Shown here piece by piece: positions 7,165 to 17,155 of a stretch of 26,939 bases of DNA (the first letter of the stretch is position 1; each line of letters opens with the position of its first letter). The stretch spans positions 1-26,939 of the forward strand of contig JANOTL010000005.1 of assembly GCA_031416315.1 (NCBI GenBank). The letters run 5' to 3'. The notes beneath the pieces were generated by a model that searched no databases, was not told the origin of the DNA, and was given only the letters and a program-made list of their open reading frames with translations. The position numbers and the translations under genes are program-made. The stretch comes from Pseudomonadota bacterium. GTDB taxonomy: Bacteria; Bdellovibrionota_B; Oligoflexia; Oligoflexales; CAIYRB01.

Positions 7165-8085
7165 ATGCGACGCACATTCATTCTTACCGGGGTCTGCGCC
7201 CTCTTCGCCCTAGTCAGCTCGCCGCTTAACGCGGCGCTGCTCGAAGATCACTCCGATAGGGTTGGGATCTATGCGCCGGAGCGCGACGACGAGGTCCTCC
7301 TTACCCTCCCCTACCGCCTAGGGAAGAACGGCCGTGGCGGGCTGAAAGCCTCGGCGCTTTGGGCCAGGCTTCTGGCGCAGAGCGACGCTGGAGAGCAAGA
7401 TGCGGTGCGCCGGCAATGCGCCGCTTTGGCAAAAACGCAAGGTGTGGCGAGCGCGGCGATCTGTTGGTCTTTGGCGCTGCCGCTGCAACCGGAGGACGCG
7501 ACGCTGCCGGAGCTGGCCGATCGGTTCGGGAGGCTCGAGACCTTGCCGGCGGCGGATCGGGCGATCGCGTTCATTGCGCAGGCGCGCCTATTGCGCTTCC
7601 TAGGCGCCATGGACCTGGCCGTCGCGAGCGCCGGCTCGGCCTTCGCCCTCGATCCCGGGAGTCGCGCGATTCGCGGGGCTTACGCCGACGCGTTGATGGA
7701 CTCGGGCCAGTTTTCCGAGGCCTATCTCTTGGCGCAAGCCTTGCCTGAGTTCGAGCGCGATCCAACGAGCTTGGCGCGGCTCGTGCGCGCCGCGGTCGTT
7801 CTCGGGAAGAGCGAGGCGGCGGCGAAGTTTCGTGCGGCGCTCGACGCTTTGCCGCAGGACGCTTTTGCCGCGGCGTACGTCGAAGTTTATGCCCCACTGA
7901 GCGGCGAAGGCGTCTTATTGAGCCTCGCGGCTTGGGAAACGGCGCCCAGCTTCGACCACTACATGCTGCTTGCGACGGCGATGGAACGCGGCAAAGTCGC
8001 GCCGGCGGCCGTTCCGCCCGTCGCCAGTTGGCTTCGGCGCTACGGGATGCTGCGCATGGTTCCGAGGGGAGTCGCCATTCGATGA
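7165..8085 (+). CDS. Exported TPR-like helical repeat protein (306 aa)
   Basis: Signal peptide; 'YAPERDDEVLLTLP' N-terminal motif; TPR-like helices 'AFALDPGS....AYADALMDSGQFSEA'; ATGA overlap with the next gene. Confidence 0.75.
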   Translation: MRRTFILTGVCALFALVSSPLNAALLEDHSDRVGIYAPERDDEVLLTLPYRLGKNGRGGLKASALWARLLAQSDAGEQDAVRRQCAALAKTQGVASAAICWSLALPLQPEDATLPELADRFGRLETLPAADRAIAFIAQARLLRFLGAMDLAVASAGSAFALDPGSRAIRGAYADALMDSGQFSEAYLLAQALPEFERDPTSLARLVRAAVVLGKSEAAAKFRAALDALPQDAFAAAYVEVYAPLSGEGVLLSLAAWETAPSFDHYMLLATAMERGKVAPAAVPPVASWLRRYGMLRMVPRGVAIR

Positions 8086-9215
8086 GAACCGCAGCGTTCC
8101 TGCTCGTTGTCGCCGTGGTCTTCGCGATACGCGCCGAAGTGGCAGCAGCGCACTCCGCGAGCCGCAGCGTGCTTCTGCTCGAAGCGCGCGAGGAGGCGAC
8201 CACCGGCCGGGTCGACCTGCCATTGCGCGAGCTCGCCGCACTCTTCGACCTCGACGCCGATCAGAACGGCGAGATCACGTGGGGCGAGCTGAAAGCGCAG
8301 AATGCGGCGATCGGCCGCTACCTCGAGGCGCACCTCGTGATCCGCAAAAACGATGTTACCTGCGCCCTGCGCATGGCGGCGCCCGCCGTCGATCGCCGCG
8401 AGGAGGTCTACGCGGTGTGGCCGCTTACGGCAGCATGCCCGCCGGGCCCGGTCGAGGCGCTGACAGTTCACTTCGAAGTCCTGCTCGAGACGGACCCGCG
8501 GCATACCGGCGTCTTGCGCCTCGAGACGGCGGAGGGTCAGACGCCGTTTCTGTTCTCGACGACGGCGCGGGACTTCCGCTACGCGCCGCAATCGGCGCGC
8601 TCCGCCTTCGCCTCCTTCCTGCACGAAGGGTCGCTGCACATTTTCTCCGGCTACGATCACATGCTCTTCCTTTTGGGCCTGATCGTTCCGTCGATCTACC
8701 GGCGGCGGAGCGGGCGGCTCGAGACGCGCGAAGGCTTCCGTGAGGTCTTCAAGGTCGCCGCGAAGCTCGTGACGAGCTTTACCGTCGCGCACAGCCTTGC
8801 CCTGGCGCTCGTGACGCTGGCGGTCGTACCGTCCTTCTCGCCGAAGCTGGTCGAGTCGGCGATCGCGCTCACGATCTTTTGCGTCGGCTTGAACAACGTG
8901 ACGGGCTTCCTCCGCTCGCGCGAGGCGATCATGTGCTTCGCCTTCGGCCTGATCCACGGCCTCGGGTTCGCGTCGGGCTTGGCCGAGCTCGGCGTGTCGA
9001 GCGCCAACGTCGGGGTGGCGCTCACGGCATACAACGTCGGTATCGAGTTGGCGAATTTGTGCGTCGTGGCCTTGGCCCTGCCGCTAGCGTACGGGGTGCG
9101 GACGCTCGTGGTGGGGCGGCGCGTGTTGGTGTATGGGTCGGCGGTTGCGATGTGTACTCTCGCTTTGGGGTGGTTGGGCCAGGCGGTGAGTGGCGTAGAG
9201 TTCATGCCGTTCTGA
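8082..9215 (+). CDS. HupE/UreJ family (HupE_UreJ_2-type) membrane protein with an N-terminal periplasmic domain (377 aa)
   Basis: ATG8082 overlaps the upstream TGA; signal peptide then 'AH'; EF-hand-like DADQNGEITWGE; motifs HIFSGYDH, FTVAHSLAL, VESAIA, FGLIHGLGFA, NVGIE. Confidence 0.9.
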   Translation: MRTAAFLLVVAVVFAIRAEVAAAHSASRSVLLLEAREEATTGRVDLPLRELAALFDLDADQNGEITWGELKAQNAAIGRYLEAHLVIRKNDVTCALRMAAPAVDRREEVYAVWPLTAACPPGPVEALTVHFEVLLETDPRHTGVLRLETAEGQTPFLFSTTARDFRYAPQSARSAFASFLHEGSLHIFSGYDHMLFLLGLIVPSIYRRRSGRLETREGFREVFKVAAKLVTSFTVAHSLALALVTLAVVPSFSPKLVESAIALTIFCVGLNNVTGFLRSREAIMCFAFGLIHGLGFASGLAELGVSSANVGVALTAYNVGIELANLCVVALALPLAYGVRTLVVGRRVLVYGSAVAMCTLALGWLGQAVSGVEFMPF

Positions 9216-9242
9216 CGGAGACGACCATCCTGCGTAAGGTGC

Positions 9243-9287
9243 TTGATCAAATCCTAACTATTTATAATGATTAATCAATTACTTAAG
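9243..9287 (+). promoter_or_regulatory. AT-rich promoter/operator region
   Basis: TATAAT at 9263-9268 overlapped by the perfect palindrome TGATTAATCA (9268-9277); palindrome TTGATCAA at 9243-9250; very AT-rich compared with its flanks. Confidence 0.55.
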
Positions 9288-9336
9288 GCTCTGGATTTTA
9301 GCCAAGGCGCGCCGATGCAGGAGATGGAGGCCTTCC

Positions 9337-10137
9337 ATGTCCCCCGCCAAGCTCCTCGCCTGCTCCGCCCTCGTTCTCGCGCTCGCCGCGGGTCTCTTCC
9401 TGCTCGGACGCGGCTCGGCTCAGCTCGCCGCCGTCTCGCCGCATGACACCACCGCGCCGGCGAAAACGCCAACGACATCCGACATCCAGTCGATGCGTTC
9501 CGGCTCGCCTACGCGCGCCCCTCATTCCGTTCCCTTGGCTCCCCCGCCTCCAGGTGACCTCGCCAACTTGATGGACATGAGCGACCTGCGATCCCCCGAC
9601 GCGCTGCGCCATACGCTGCGCGAAATGAGCCAACGCTCGGACGCCGACGTCGCGGATGCGATCGCCTCCCTATATAGGAGCGCGGCGCGCGGCGATTTTG
9701 CGCGACGCGAGCGTGCGCTTTGGTTCGCGGCGAAACGGAACTCCGTCGAGCTTCTGCCATTGTGGCAAGATGTGCTGCGCCGCACGACGCCCGTCTTCGA
9801 CGACGAAGACGATCTCCTCCGCAACTCGCTCTCGCTTCCCCACGATGAGCGCGCGCGAGCCTTGCGCGTCGAGCGCTCGGCCGCGATCGGCGGCGTCGGC
9901 GGACTGCAGGCGGCGTCGACCGAAGCCGTAACCTTCCTGCGGGAGATCGCCCTGCACAAATCGAAGACGGTGCCACACCTCGATGCCGCCCTGCGCATGG
10001 ATGCCGTCCGCGCCTTGCACGCTGCCGACCGCCTCGTGCTCCTCAAGCTCGCCCGGGAGCTTCCGACGGAGGATCCGTTGACCGAGAGGCTCGCGACGCT
10101 CGCGACCCAGGAACGAGCTCGGAGGGGGGCGCCGTGA
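9337..10137 (+). CDS. Membrane-anchored/exported alpha-helical (HEAT-like) hypothetical protein (266 aa)
   Basis: SD GGAGG at 9326-9330; N-terminal hydrophobic segment, Pro/Thr linker, amphipathic helices such as 'LRMDAVRAL'; GTGA overlap with the next gene. Confidence 0.75.
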   Translation: MSPAKLLACSALVLALAAGLFLLGRGSAQLAAVSPHDTTAPAKTPTTSDIQSMRSGSPTRAPHSVPLAPPPPGDLANLMDMSDLRSPDALRHTLREMSQRSDADVADAIASLYRSAARGDFARRERALWFAAKRNSVELLPLWQDVLRRTTPVFDDEDDLLRNSLSLPHDERARALRVERSAAIGGVGGLQAASTEAVTFLREIALHKSKTVPHLDAALRMDAVRALHAADRLVLLKLARELPTEDPLTERLATLATQERARRGAP

Positions 10138-12083
10138 AGCTCCGCCTCGCGCTCTCTTTCGCTTTGACGACCGCGGCCTGTGCCGGCGGCGGCGGGAATA
10201 CGCCCAAAGCCACGAGCGCGCAACCGGCGACGCTTTCCCCACCGACACCGCCTTCGACCGCGGCGCCGGCGCCTTTGCCGCCGCCCCCCGCCGCGCCGCC
10301 GCTCGCCGAACCCGAAAGTCCCACCGACGACCCGGCGCCGCTCGCGCAAACCATCGGGCTCAAGATTCGCAGTTGGACCTGGCCCTTCAGCGATGCGACG
10401 GCCGACGACGCGCTCGCGAACACGATGGCGACGCTGCGCTTCGAAGGCTGGATCGAGCTCGACGGCTTCGTCGCGACGTCCTTCGACTACCAGGGCGAGG
10501 TTCAGGTTCATTCGGAGCCGCTCGTCCTCGTGCGCACGAAAGACCCGAAGACGCAGCTCGATCCGACGACCCTCAGCGCGGCCGACCTGGCTCTCCTCGG
10601 TGATCTGTGCCGCGACGCCTTCGCCAGCGTCGACAACGACTTCGAGTCGGCTGCGACCGCGACCCACGTCTCCGGGCTCGATCTCGCCGGCTTCACGGTC
10701 GCTTGGCGCTCGCACCATCCGCACACCTTGCTCGAGGACGTAGGCCTCCTCCTTCTCGCGAAGAAGCTCGAGGCGCGCTGTGGCTTGAACGTCGCGGCGA
10801 GCTGGGAGGGCGCGGCTTCTGTCCTGCCGACTGTCTTTACCTTCGACTTCGCGCCGGTTCGGCGTGGGACGACCCATCCGGCCGACGACTACCGCGGCAC
10901 GGACGCCTTCGAGCAGTTCGTCGAAGCGCTCGACGCCTCGGTCATGCTCCTCGAGCGCCACGCCTTCGACTGGAAACCCACGGATGAGCGCTGGGAGCTG
11001 CTGGCGGTTCCCGAGCCGAAGACGGAGGCGTCGGTCACGCCGCTGCGGCGCGGCATCAAAGCTCTGAATCCGAAGGCGTTCTCGACCGCCGCGCCGACTT
11101 TTTCCGGCACGAAATGCGTCTACCATGAGACGGCGTCGCTCCGCGCGCTCGATCCCACGGCGACGCAAGCGGCAGCGCTGCGCTTCACCGAAGCCGAAGG
11201 CCTCGCCTTCGTCCTCGAGACCTTGGACCGCGGCGCCGCCCCGGGCGCCGGCGCGCCGGCATACTGTGACGACGTCGCGCTGACCATCGACGCCGCAAGG
11301 ACCGGCTTCGGCCTGAGCTACAGCTGCGAGACCTATAAAAAAATCTGGGACGAGGGCAACTGCGGCCTACGCGCCACGCTGCGGAATCCGGCCGATCCGC
11401 GCAACTCGCTCCTCGTGACCGCCGCGATGCCTTCCGGGAACGCCGAGATCAAGGACCTCACGGGCGCCGTCGCCGCGGTCTCGATTCTCCCGGAGGATGC
11501 CGGGAACCCGTTGCGCGACAGCACGGTGACGCTCACCGGCTTCGACGAGGCGCAGAGGCAGGCCTTGTTCCGCGCCTTCGACCTCTGGCTCGCAACCAGC
11601 CTTTCGTCCTACACGGCCTACTTTCCGAGCCACATCGAAGCGATCGAATACGACGGCGACGTCTCCGCCGGAGCGACCTGCGCGAGCGCCGGCGGTTACG
11701 CCGTCTCTTCGATCACCAACAAATTTTTTCTCTGCCCCGGCGGCGCGATGAGCCCGGAGTTCCTGACGCCGTTCCAATCGGCGCATTCGATGATTTATCG
11801 CGCGATGGTGGCCTTACATGAAACGCTACACACTCACGGTGAGCCGCACGATTACGACGACAGTACCATCGTCTCCTGCACGAACGACGGCGGCACGGCC
11901 TACGCCGCGGTGATCGCGCATGACGTTTTCACGTGCCAGGAAGACTATTGCTACGGCCTGAAGGCCAGCGCGAAGGAAGAGTTGAAGGCGGAGCTGGAGT
12001 ACAGCGTCGGCGACGACCCGCGACTCTATACGGGACCGTGCCACGACTGGGCGACCGCGCTGGGCGTAGCCTTCAGCTTTTGA
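10134..12083 (+). CDS. Lipoprotein with a C-terminal zincin-like metallopeptidase domain (649 aa)
   Basis: GTG start; lipobox TAA-C16; Pro-rich linker; HETLHTHGEPH (HExxHxxGxxH) at 11817-11849, preceded by 'FFLCP'; many Cys. Confidence 0.75.
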   Translation: MKLRLALSFALTTAACAGGGGNTPKATSAQPATLSPPTPPSTAAPAPLPPPPAAPPLAEPESPTDDPAPLAQTIGLKIRSWTWPFSDATADDALANTMATLRFEGWIELDGFVATSFDYQGEVQVHSEPLVLVRTKDPKTQLDPTTLSAADLALLGDLCRDAFASVDNDFESAATATHVSGLDLAGFTVAWRSHHPHTLLEDVGLLLLAKKLEARCGLNVAASWEGAASVLPTVFTFDFAPVRRGTTHPADDYRGTDAFEQFVEALDASVMLLERHAFDWKPTDERWELLAVPEPKTEASVTPLRRGIKALNPKAFSTAAPTFSGTKCVYHETASLRALDPTATQAAALRFTEAEGLAFVLETLDRGAAPGAGAPAYCDDVALTIDAARTGFGLSYSCETYKKIWDEGNCGLRATLRNPADPRNSLLVTAAMPSGNAEIKDLTGAVAAVSILPEDAGNPLRDSTVTLTGFDEAQRQALFRAFDLWLATSLSSYTAYFPSHIEAIEYDGDVSAGATCASAGGYAVSSITNKFFLCPGGAMSPEFLTPFQSAHSMIYRAMVALHETLHTHGEPHDYDDSTIVSCTNDGGTAYAAVIAHDVFTCQEDYCYGLKASAKEELKAELEYSVGDDPRLYTGPCHDWATALGVAFSF

Positions 12084-14136
12084 GCGCCAAGACCAGGGCC
12101 TCGGCCTCGCCGGGCTCGACGCCCGTTCCGTAAAATTCGGCCTCCAAGGCGCGGTCGACGCGCGCCGTGAGCTCGCCGTCGACGCCCGCGGCGACCGCAC
12201 GCGCATGGAACTCGCGAAAGGTCTCCGCGACGCCGCGCTCCAGCTCGAAGCGGCGGGCGATCCGCAGATACTCGCGATAATATGCCGGCCATGCGCGCGC
12301 CACGCGACGACGGCGCAGACCAAAAAAGGCGGTTATGCCGAAGATCAAAACCGAGACGCCGACGGCGATCTCGCGGCTCGAGCGCAGGAGCGCCGACTTC
12401 CACTCGCCGCTCTCGTCCTTGTCCCGCGTCGCGAGCTCGCGCAGCGACTTGATGAGGTCTCGCTGCGTGCGCTGGTCATAATCGACGACGTACTGGCGGA
12501 ACCAGAAGGACATCGCGTTGACGTAGCGCCGCAACGTCGCCGTCGCCGTGCGCCCCGCCCCGCCTTCGCGCGATTCCGGCGTCGGATCCAGGGCCTGCCA
12601 GCCGTGCTCTGGGATGAATGCCTCGACCCAAGCGTGGGCGTCGTCCTCGGTCACCTCGACGACGTCGATCAGGTCGTTGTAGTGACCGCCCCGAAAGCCG
12701 ACCACGACCCGCGAAGGCACGCCGAGGCTCCGCAGAAGAAGCGCCGTCGCCGTCGCGAAATATTCGCAGTGGCCTTGGCGATCCGTCGACAGAAAGGCCG
12801 CCAGGGCGTTCGGTTGCGAGAAGCTGTTCTTCATCGTCGCCTTGAAGGTCGCGGTGAAATGCTGATGCAGATTCCTGTCCAGGGTCGCCATCGTGTCGAC
12901 CGCGGGATCCACGCCGACCTCCCGCACCCAGCTTTGAAACCACGGCGCCGCGGCGATCGGCGTCGGGATCTCAAGGTACGACTCGAGGTCCTTGGCCGCC
13001 ATCTCATGCGGAAAGACGTCTTGCAGCGCGCGCGTGACCACGCGCGCCGGGAGCTCGGCGAGCGGCCAGCTGGGCGCAAGAGTGGCCGGATAGGGCTCCG
13101 CCACCTTCACCGCATAGGAATAACGCTCCAGCGAATACGTGTCGCGAATGACGCTGCCGTTCGCGTTGTAAAGGAAGCCGCCCGCCGACGCCGATTTGTC
13201 GACGACGTGGACGAGGACGCCCGGATAGAACACGGCGTTGTTCGGCGTCGGCTCCATGTGCAGGGTCAGCGTGCGGGTCTCAGGCGAGTGCCGCGACACC
13301 GTGCGCAGATCCGCCGCCTGCTCTTTGGTGCGGAAGTTGAAGACGTTGCTCGACCAGCGCTGCCCGTCGAACGTGTCGAGCGCGTCACCCCGGAAGAGGA
13401 ACTTTGGCGCCGCCTCTTTCAGCCAGATCTTGTCGGGCGCGTCGACCATGAAGGCCAGGTCGCCGGTGTTCTCGATCTCGCCATCGCCGGAAAGCGATAT
13501 GCCGCCGGAGTAGCCGGCGCGCGACTTCGCCATCAAGCTGCCGAGGGACAGGCTAAAGGTCTGCACCCGCGGGAAGGTCATGAAGATCGCCGCGGCCGCC
13601 AGGACGCCGGCGGGCAGGACGTAGCCGAATTGCTGAAAGTAGCCGCGCGGCAGGGCGCGCCCTTCGGCGGCCGCTTGATAGAGGCTAGCGGCGTTTAGGT
13701 TCAAGAGCATGACGCCTACGAACAAGATGAAGCCGAGGTAAATCGGTACGCTGCTCGCGAACGTGATGCTGCCGATGGCGACGACCGTCACGTTCAGAAT
13801 CGAGAGCCAGTACGAGCGCGGCTTTTCGTGATTCAGGATCATCAGCGGCAAGGTGCCCGAGATCATCTCGATCATGACCTCGATCAGGTCCTCGAAGCGG
13901 GAAAAGCGCATGATCTGGTGGATGCTGAGGAGGAAGAGCGCGATGCCGATGCCCCAGGAAAGGCGGCGGCGATTGGCGCTGAGCACGCCGCTCACCTTCG
14001 TCATGCGGACGAACGCGATCAAGAAGAACGGGATTAGGACCTGCGGACGCACGACGGCGGAGCCGACGGCCAAGGCCGCGGCGAGAATGATCAGGATCTG
14101 CCAGGTAACGCGGTAATATTGGACGACGCTGATCAC
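12073..14136 (-). CDS. TgpA-like transglutaminase-domain membrane protein (DUF3488 + transglutaminase core, 687 aa)
   Basis: N-terminal TM cluster ending 'FMTFPR'; catalytic motifs GHCEYFATA, DAHAWVE, WQALDPTP; C-terminal TM and 'ETFREF'. Confidence 0.93.
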   Translation of the reverse strand: MISVVQYYRVTWQILIILAAALAVGSAVVRPQVLIPFFLIAFVRMTKVSGVLSANRRRLSWGIGIALFLLSIHQIMRFSRFEDLIEVMIEMISGTLPLMILNHEKPRSYWLSILNVTVVAIGSITFASSVPIYLGFILFVGVMLLNLNAASLYQAAAEGRALPRGYFQQFGYVLPAGVLAAAAIFMTFPRVQTFSLSLGSLMAKSRAGYSGGISLSGDGEIENTGDLAFMVDAPDKIWLKEAAPKFLFRGDALDTFDGQRWSSNVFNFRTKEQAADLRTVSRHSPETRTLTLHMEPTPNNAVFYPGVLVHVVDKSASAGGFLYNANGSVIRDTYSLERYSYAVKVAEPYPATLAPSWPLAELPARVVTRALQDVFPHEMAAKDLESYLEIPTPIAAAPWFQSWVREVGVDPAVDTMATLDRNLHQHFTATFKATMKNSFSQPNALAAFLSTDRQGHCEYFATATALLLRSLGVPSRVVVGFRGGHYNDLIDVVEVTEDDAHAWVEAFIPEHGWQALDPTPESREGGAGRTATATLRRYVNAMSFWFRQYVVDYDQRTQRDLIKSLRELATRDKDESGEWKSALLRSSREIAVGVSVLIFGITAFFGLRRRRVARAWPAYYREYLRIARRFELERGVAETFREFHARAVAAGVDGELTARVDRALEAEFYGTGVEPGEAEALVLALKS

Positions 14137-15163
14137 GCCACGTCCTCCCCGTCGAAGGCGAGCGTCACGGCGAAGACCTCGGAGCCTTTGCCGCGCGCCG
14201 CAGGAACGTGTGGGCCGCGCGCCCGATCGGTGAACTCCGGGGCGCCGGCGAGGCTTTCAAAGCAGAGCTCGGCCCCCTCGACGAGACTGTCGCCCCAGTC
14301 GAGGACGTACGCGCGTTGGCACTCCTCGAGAGCCTTCAACGTCGTCCGCAGCTTCGCGAGGCCCCTCTCATAGGTGACGGGATCCGCGGCCCTGGAGACG
14401 ACTCCCCAAGGCGCCAAGACGCGCACGCGCGCTTCCTCGCCGCGCGCCCGATACTGCTTCACGACCCAATCGCGCGGCGCCTTCATCGCGCTCTTCTTCC
14501 AGTCGAGGTCACGCCGCGGGTCGCGCGATTGGTAGCTCCGGTGCGCAAAAAACTCGCGGTCCGCGTCGAGCGCCGCCAGGGCGGCTTTGATCTTCGGCCG
14601 CAAGGTCGCCAGAAAGCCGAGGTCCAAGGCGGGTCCGATGACGAAACGCGCCTCAATTACTTCGACTTTGAATTTCTCCAGCAAGCCGAAAGGAAAGGTC
14701 GTCTTCTGCACCGCCGTCATCTTCGCATGCAGCCCGCGCGGCAGGCCGCGGCACACCGCCCCGAGCGCCGTCACGCGCTGCGGCCGAAGGCAGCTCGCAT
14801 GCGCTTGCACCGGCGCATCGATACCCGCGGAGATCAGCTTGAAGCGCGGCGCATCGAGGGCGAGCAGGGTGTCGAGCTCGAAGACGGAGAACCAGGAGCT
14901 CTGGTTCTCGACTTTGACCTCGACCGCGAACTCCGCGCCCGCGTCCGCGGCGGCGGGGCGCACCGCCGCGACGCGCGTCTCCTTCATCGCTTTCTCCGAG
15001 AGCATTCCGGAGATGATGAAGCCGCCGATTCCCGCGGAGAGGAAGACGTACAGGCCGTTGATGCCGGTCGTCACCCCGATCATGCCGACCAGGAGCAAGA
15101 GGCCGAACGAGTAGATCCCCGGCTTGGTGAACGACAGTCCGCGGTTGACGCGCTTGTAATACA

Positions 15164-15164
<1 letters not shown>
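14133..15164 (-). CDS. DUF58 domain protein (343 aa)
   Basis: Two N-terminal TMs, 'FPFGL', 'EFFAHRSYQSRDPRRDLDWKKSA'; lies between MoxR and the transglutaminase with overlapping stop/start codons. Confidence 0.88.
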
Positions 15165-16126
<962 letters not shown>

Positions 16127-16248
16127 AAACACCTCCCGCCATCCCTGAGACCGGGATGCGGCATCCTAGGACCGATCAACTAAGGAATCGATCGGTGCGC
16201 CCGCGGGCGACTTAAGGCGCGCGAGCCCTCAGCTTCGGATCAAGTAAC

Positions 16249-16267
16249 TAAATATACTGGATATTTA
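16249..16267. promoter_or_regulatory. AT-rich inverted repeat between divergent moxR and tatC, possible operator
   Basis: TAAATAT-N5-ATATTTA. Confidence 0.4.
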
Positions 16268-16333
16268 TCTTCCCCGTGGGAAATATGCGAGCCTCGAGCC
16301 AAGAGAGGTGCCCCGTGAAGAAAGGGGAGATTT

Positions 16334-17155
16334 GTGCTAACCAGGAGGCTCATGGATTCGAGCCCGTTCACTGGATTCTTCGAGCGTCTCCGCAACAGCG
16401 AGGCGCAATCGCTCTTGGCACGCATGGACGAGGTCCAGACGCGCGTGACGCGGTGCGTCATCGTCGTGTCGGTGATTTTTTTCGCCTGCTTCGGCTTCTC
16501 GAAATACCTGTTCAACGCGCTGAAGGTGCCGCTGTTCGCCGCGTTGCCGGAGGGCCTCCGGCAGCTGAACTTCACGGGTCCGATGGAGGTCTTGACCGCC
16601 TACATCAAGATCTCGTTCCTCGTCGCCGCCTTGATCGCGATGCCCTGGTGCTTCGTCGAGATCTTTCGCTTTCTGAAGCCGGCCCTGCCCGACGAATACA
16701 AGAAGAGCGTGCCGCCCTTTTTCGTCGCCTCGCTCGTCCTTTTCATCGCCGGCGTCAGCTTCTGCTACTTCCTGATGATGCCGACGGCCTTGCAGTTCCT
16801 GATCGGCATGGGCGACAACGTCGCGACGGCGATGATCACGGTCGATGCCTACGTCGGACTGATCGTGTTCATGCTCCTGTCCTTCGGCGCGGTGTTCCAA
16901 CTGCCGATCGTCCTCATCCTGCTCGAGGCGCTCGGCGTCGTGACGCTGGAGATGCTCACGAAGAGCCGGCGCTTCATTTTTCTCTTGTTCCTCGTCATCT
17001 CGGCGATCGTCACGCCGACGCCAGATCCCTTCTCGCAGCTGGCGATGGCGATTCCGATGCAGATCATGTTCGAGGCCGCGGTGATCATCATCCGCCGCAA
17101 ACGTAAACGCATTGCGGCCTCCGAGCGCATGTTGAGAGTGCAGAGTCCCCTATGA
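16334..17155 (+). CDS. tatC: Twin-arginine translocase subunit TatC (divergent)
   Basis: Six TM segments; 'FTGPME', 'FGAVFQLP', 'RR', 'SAIVTPTPDPFSQLAMAIP'; start is either GTG16334 or ATG16352. Confidence 0.92.
   Translation: MLTRRLMDSSPFTGFFERLRNSEAQSLLARMDEVQTRVTRCVIVVSVIFFACFGFSKYLFNALKVPLFAALPEGLRQLNFTGPMEVLTAYIKISFLVAALIAMPWCFVEIFRFLKPALPDEYKKSVPPFFVASLVLFIAGVSFCYFLMMPTALQFLIGMGDNVATAMITVDAYVGLIVFMLLSFGAVFQLPIVLILLEALGVVTLEMLTKSRRFIFLLFLVISAIVTPTPDPFSQLAMAIPMQIMFEAAVIIIRRKRKRIAASERMLRVQSPL

Noticed and set aside
9243..9256. FNR box (also considered at 19196-19208)
   Set aside because: Half-site spacing does not fit TTGAT-N4-ATCAA
9337..9365. Lipobox LLAC in the 266-aa protein
   Set aside because: Cys9 precedes the hydrophobic stretch, too early for signal peptidase II cleavage
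9522..11168. 548-aa minus-strand ORF
   Set aside because: Arg-rich antisense shadow of two well-formed plus-strand genes; expected in high-GC DNA; no motifs
12205..13698. 497-aa plus-strand ORF
   Set aside because: Antisense to the transglutaminase gene; low-information Arg/Ala composition
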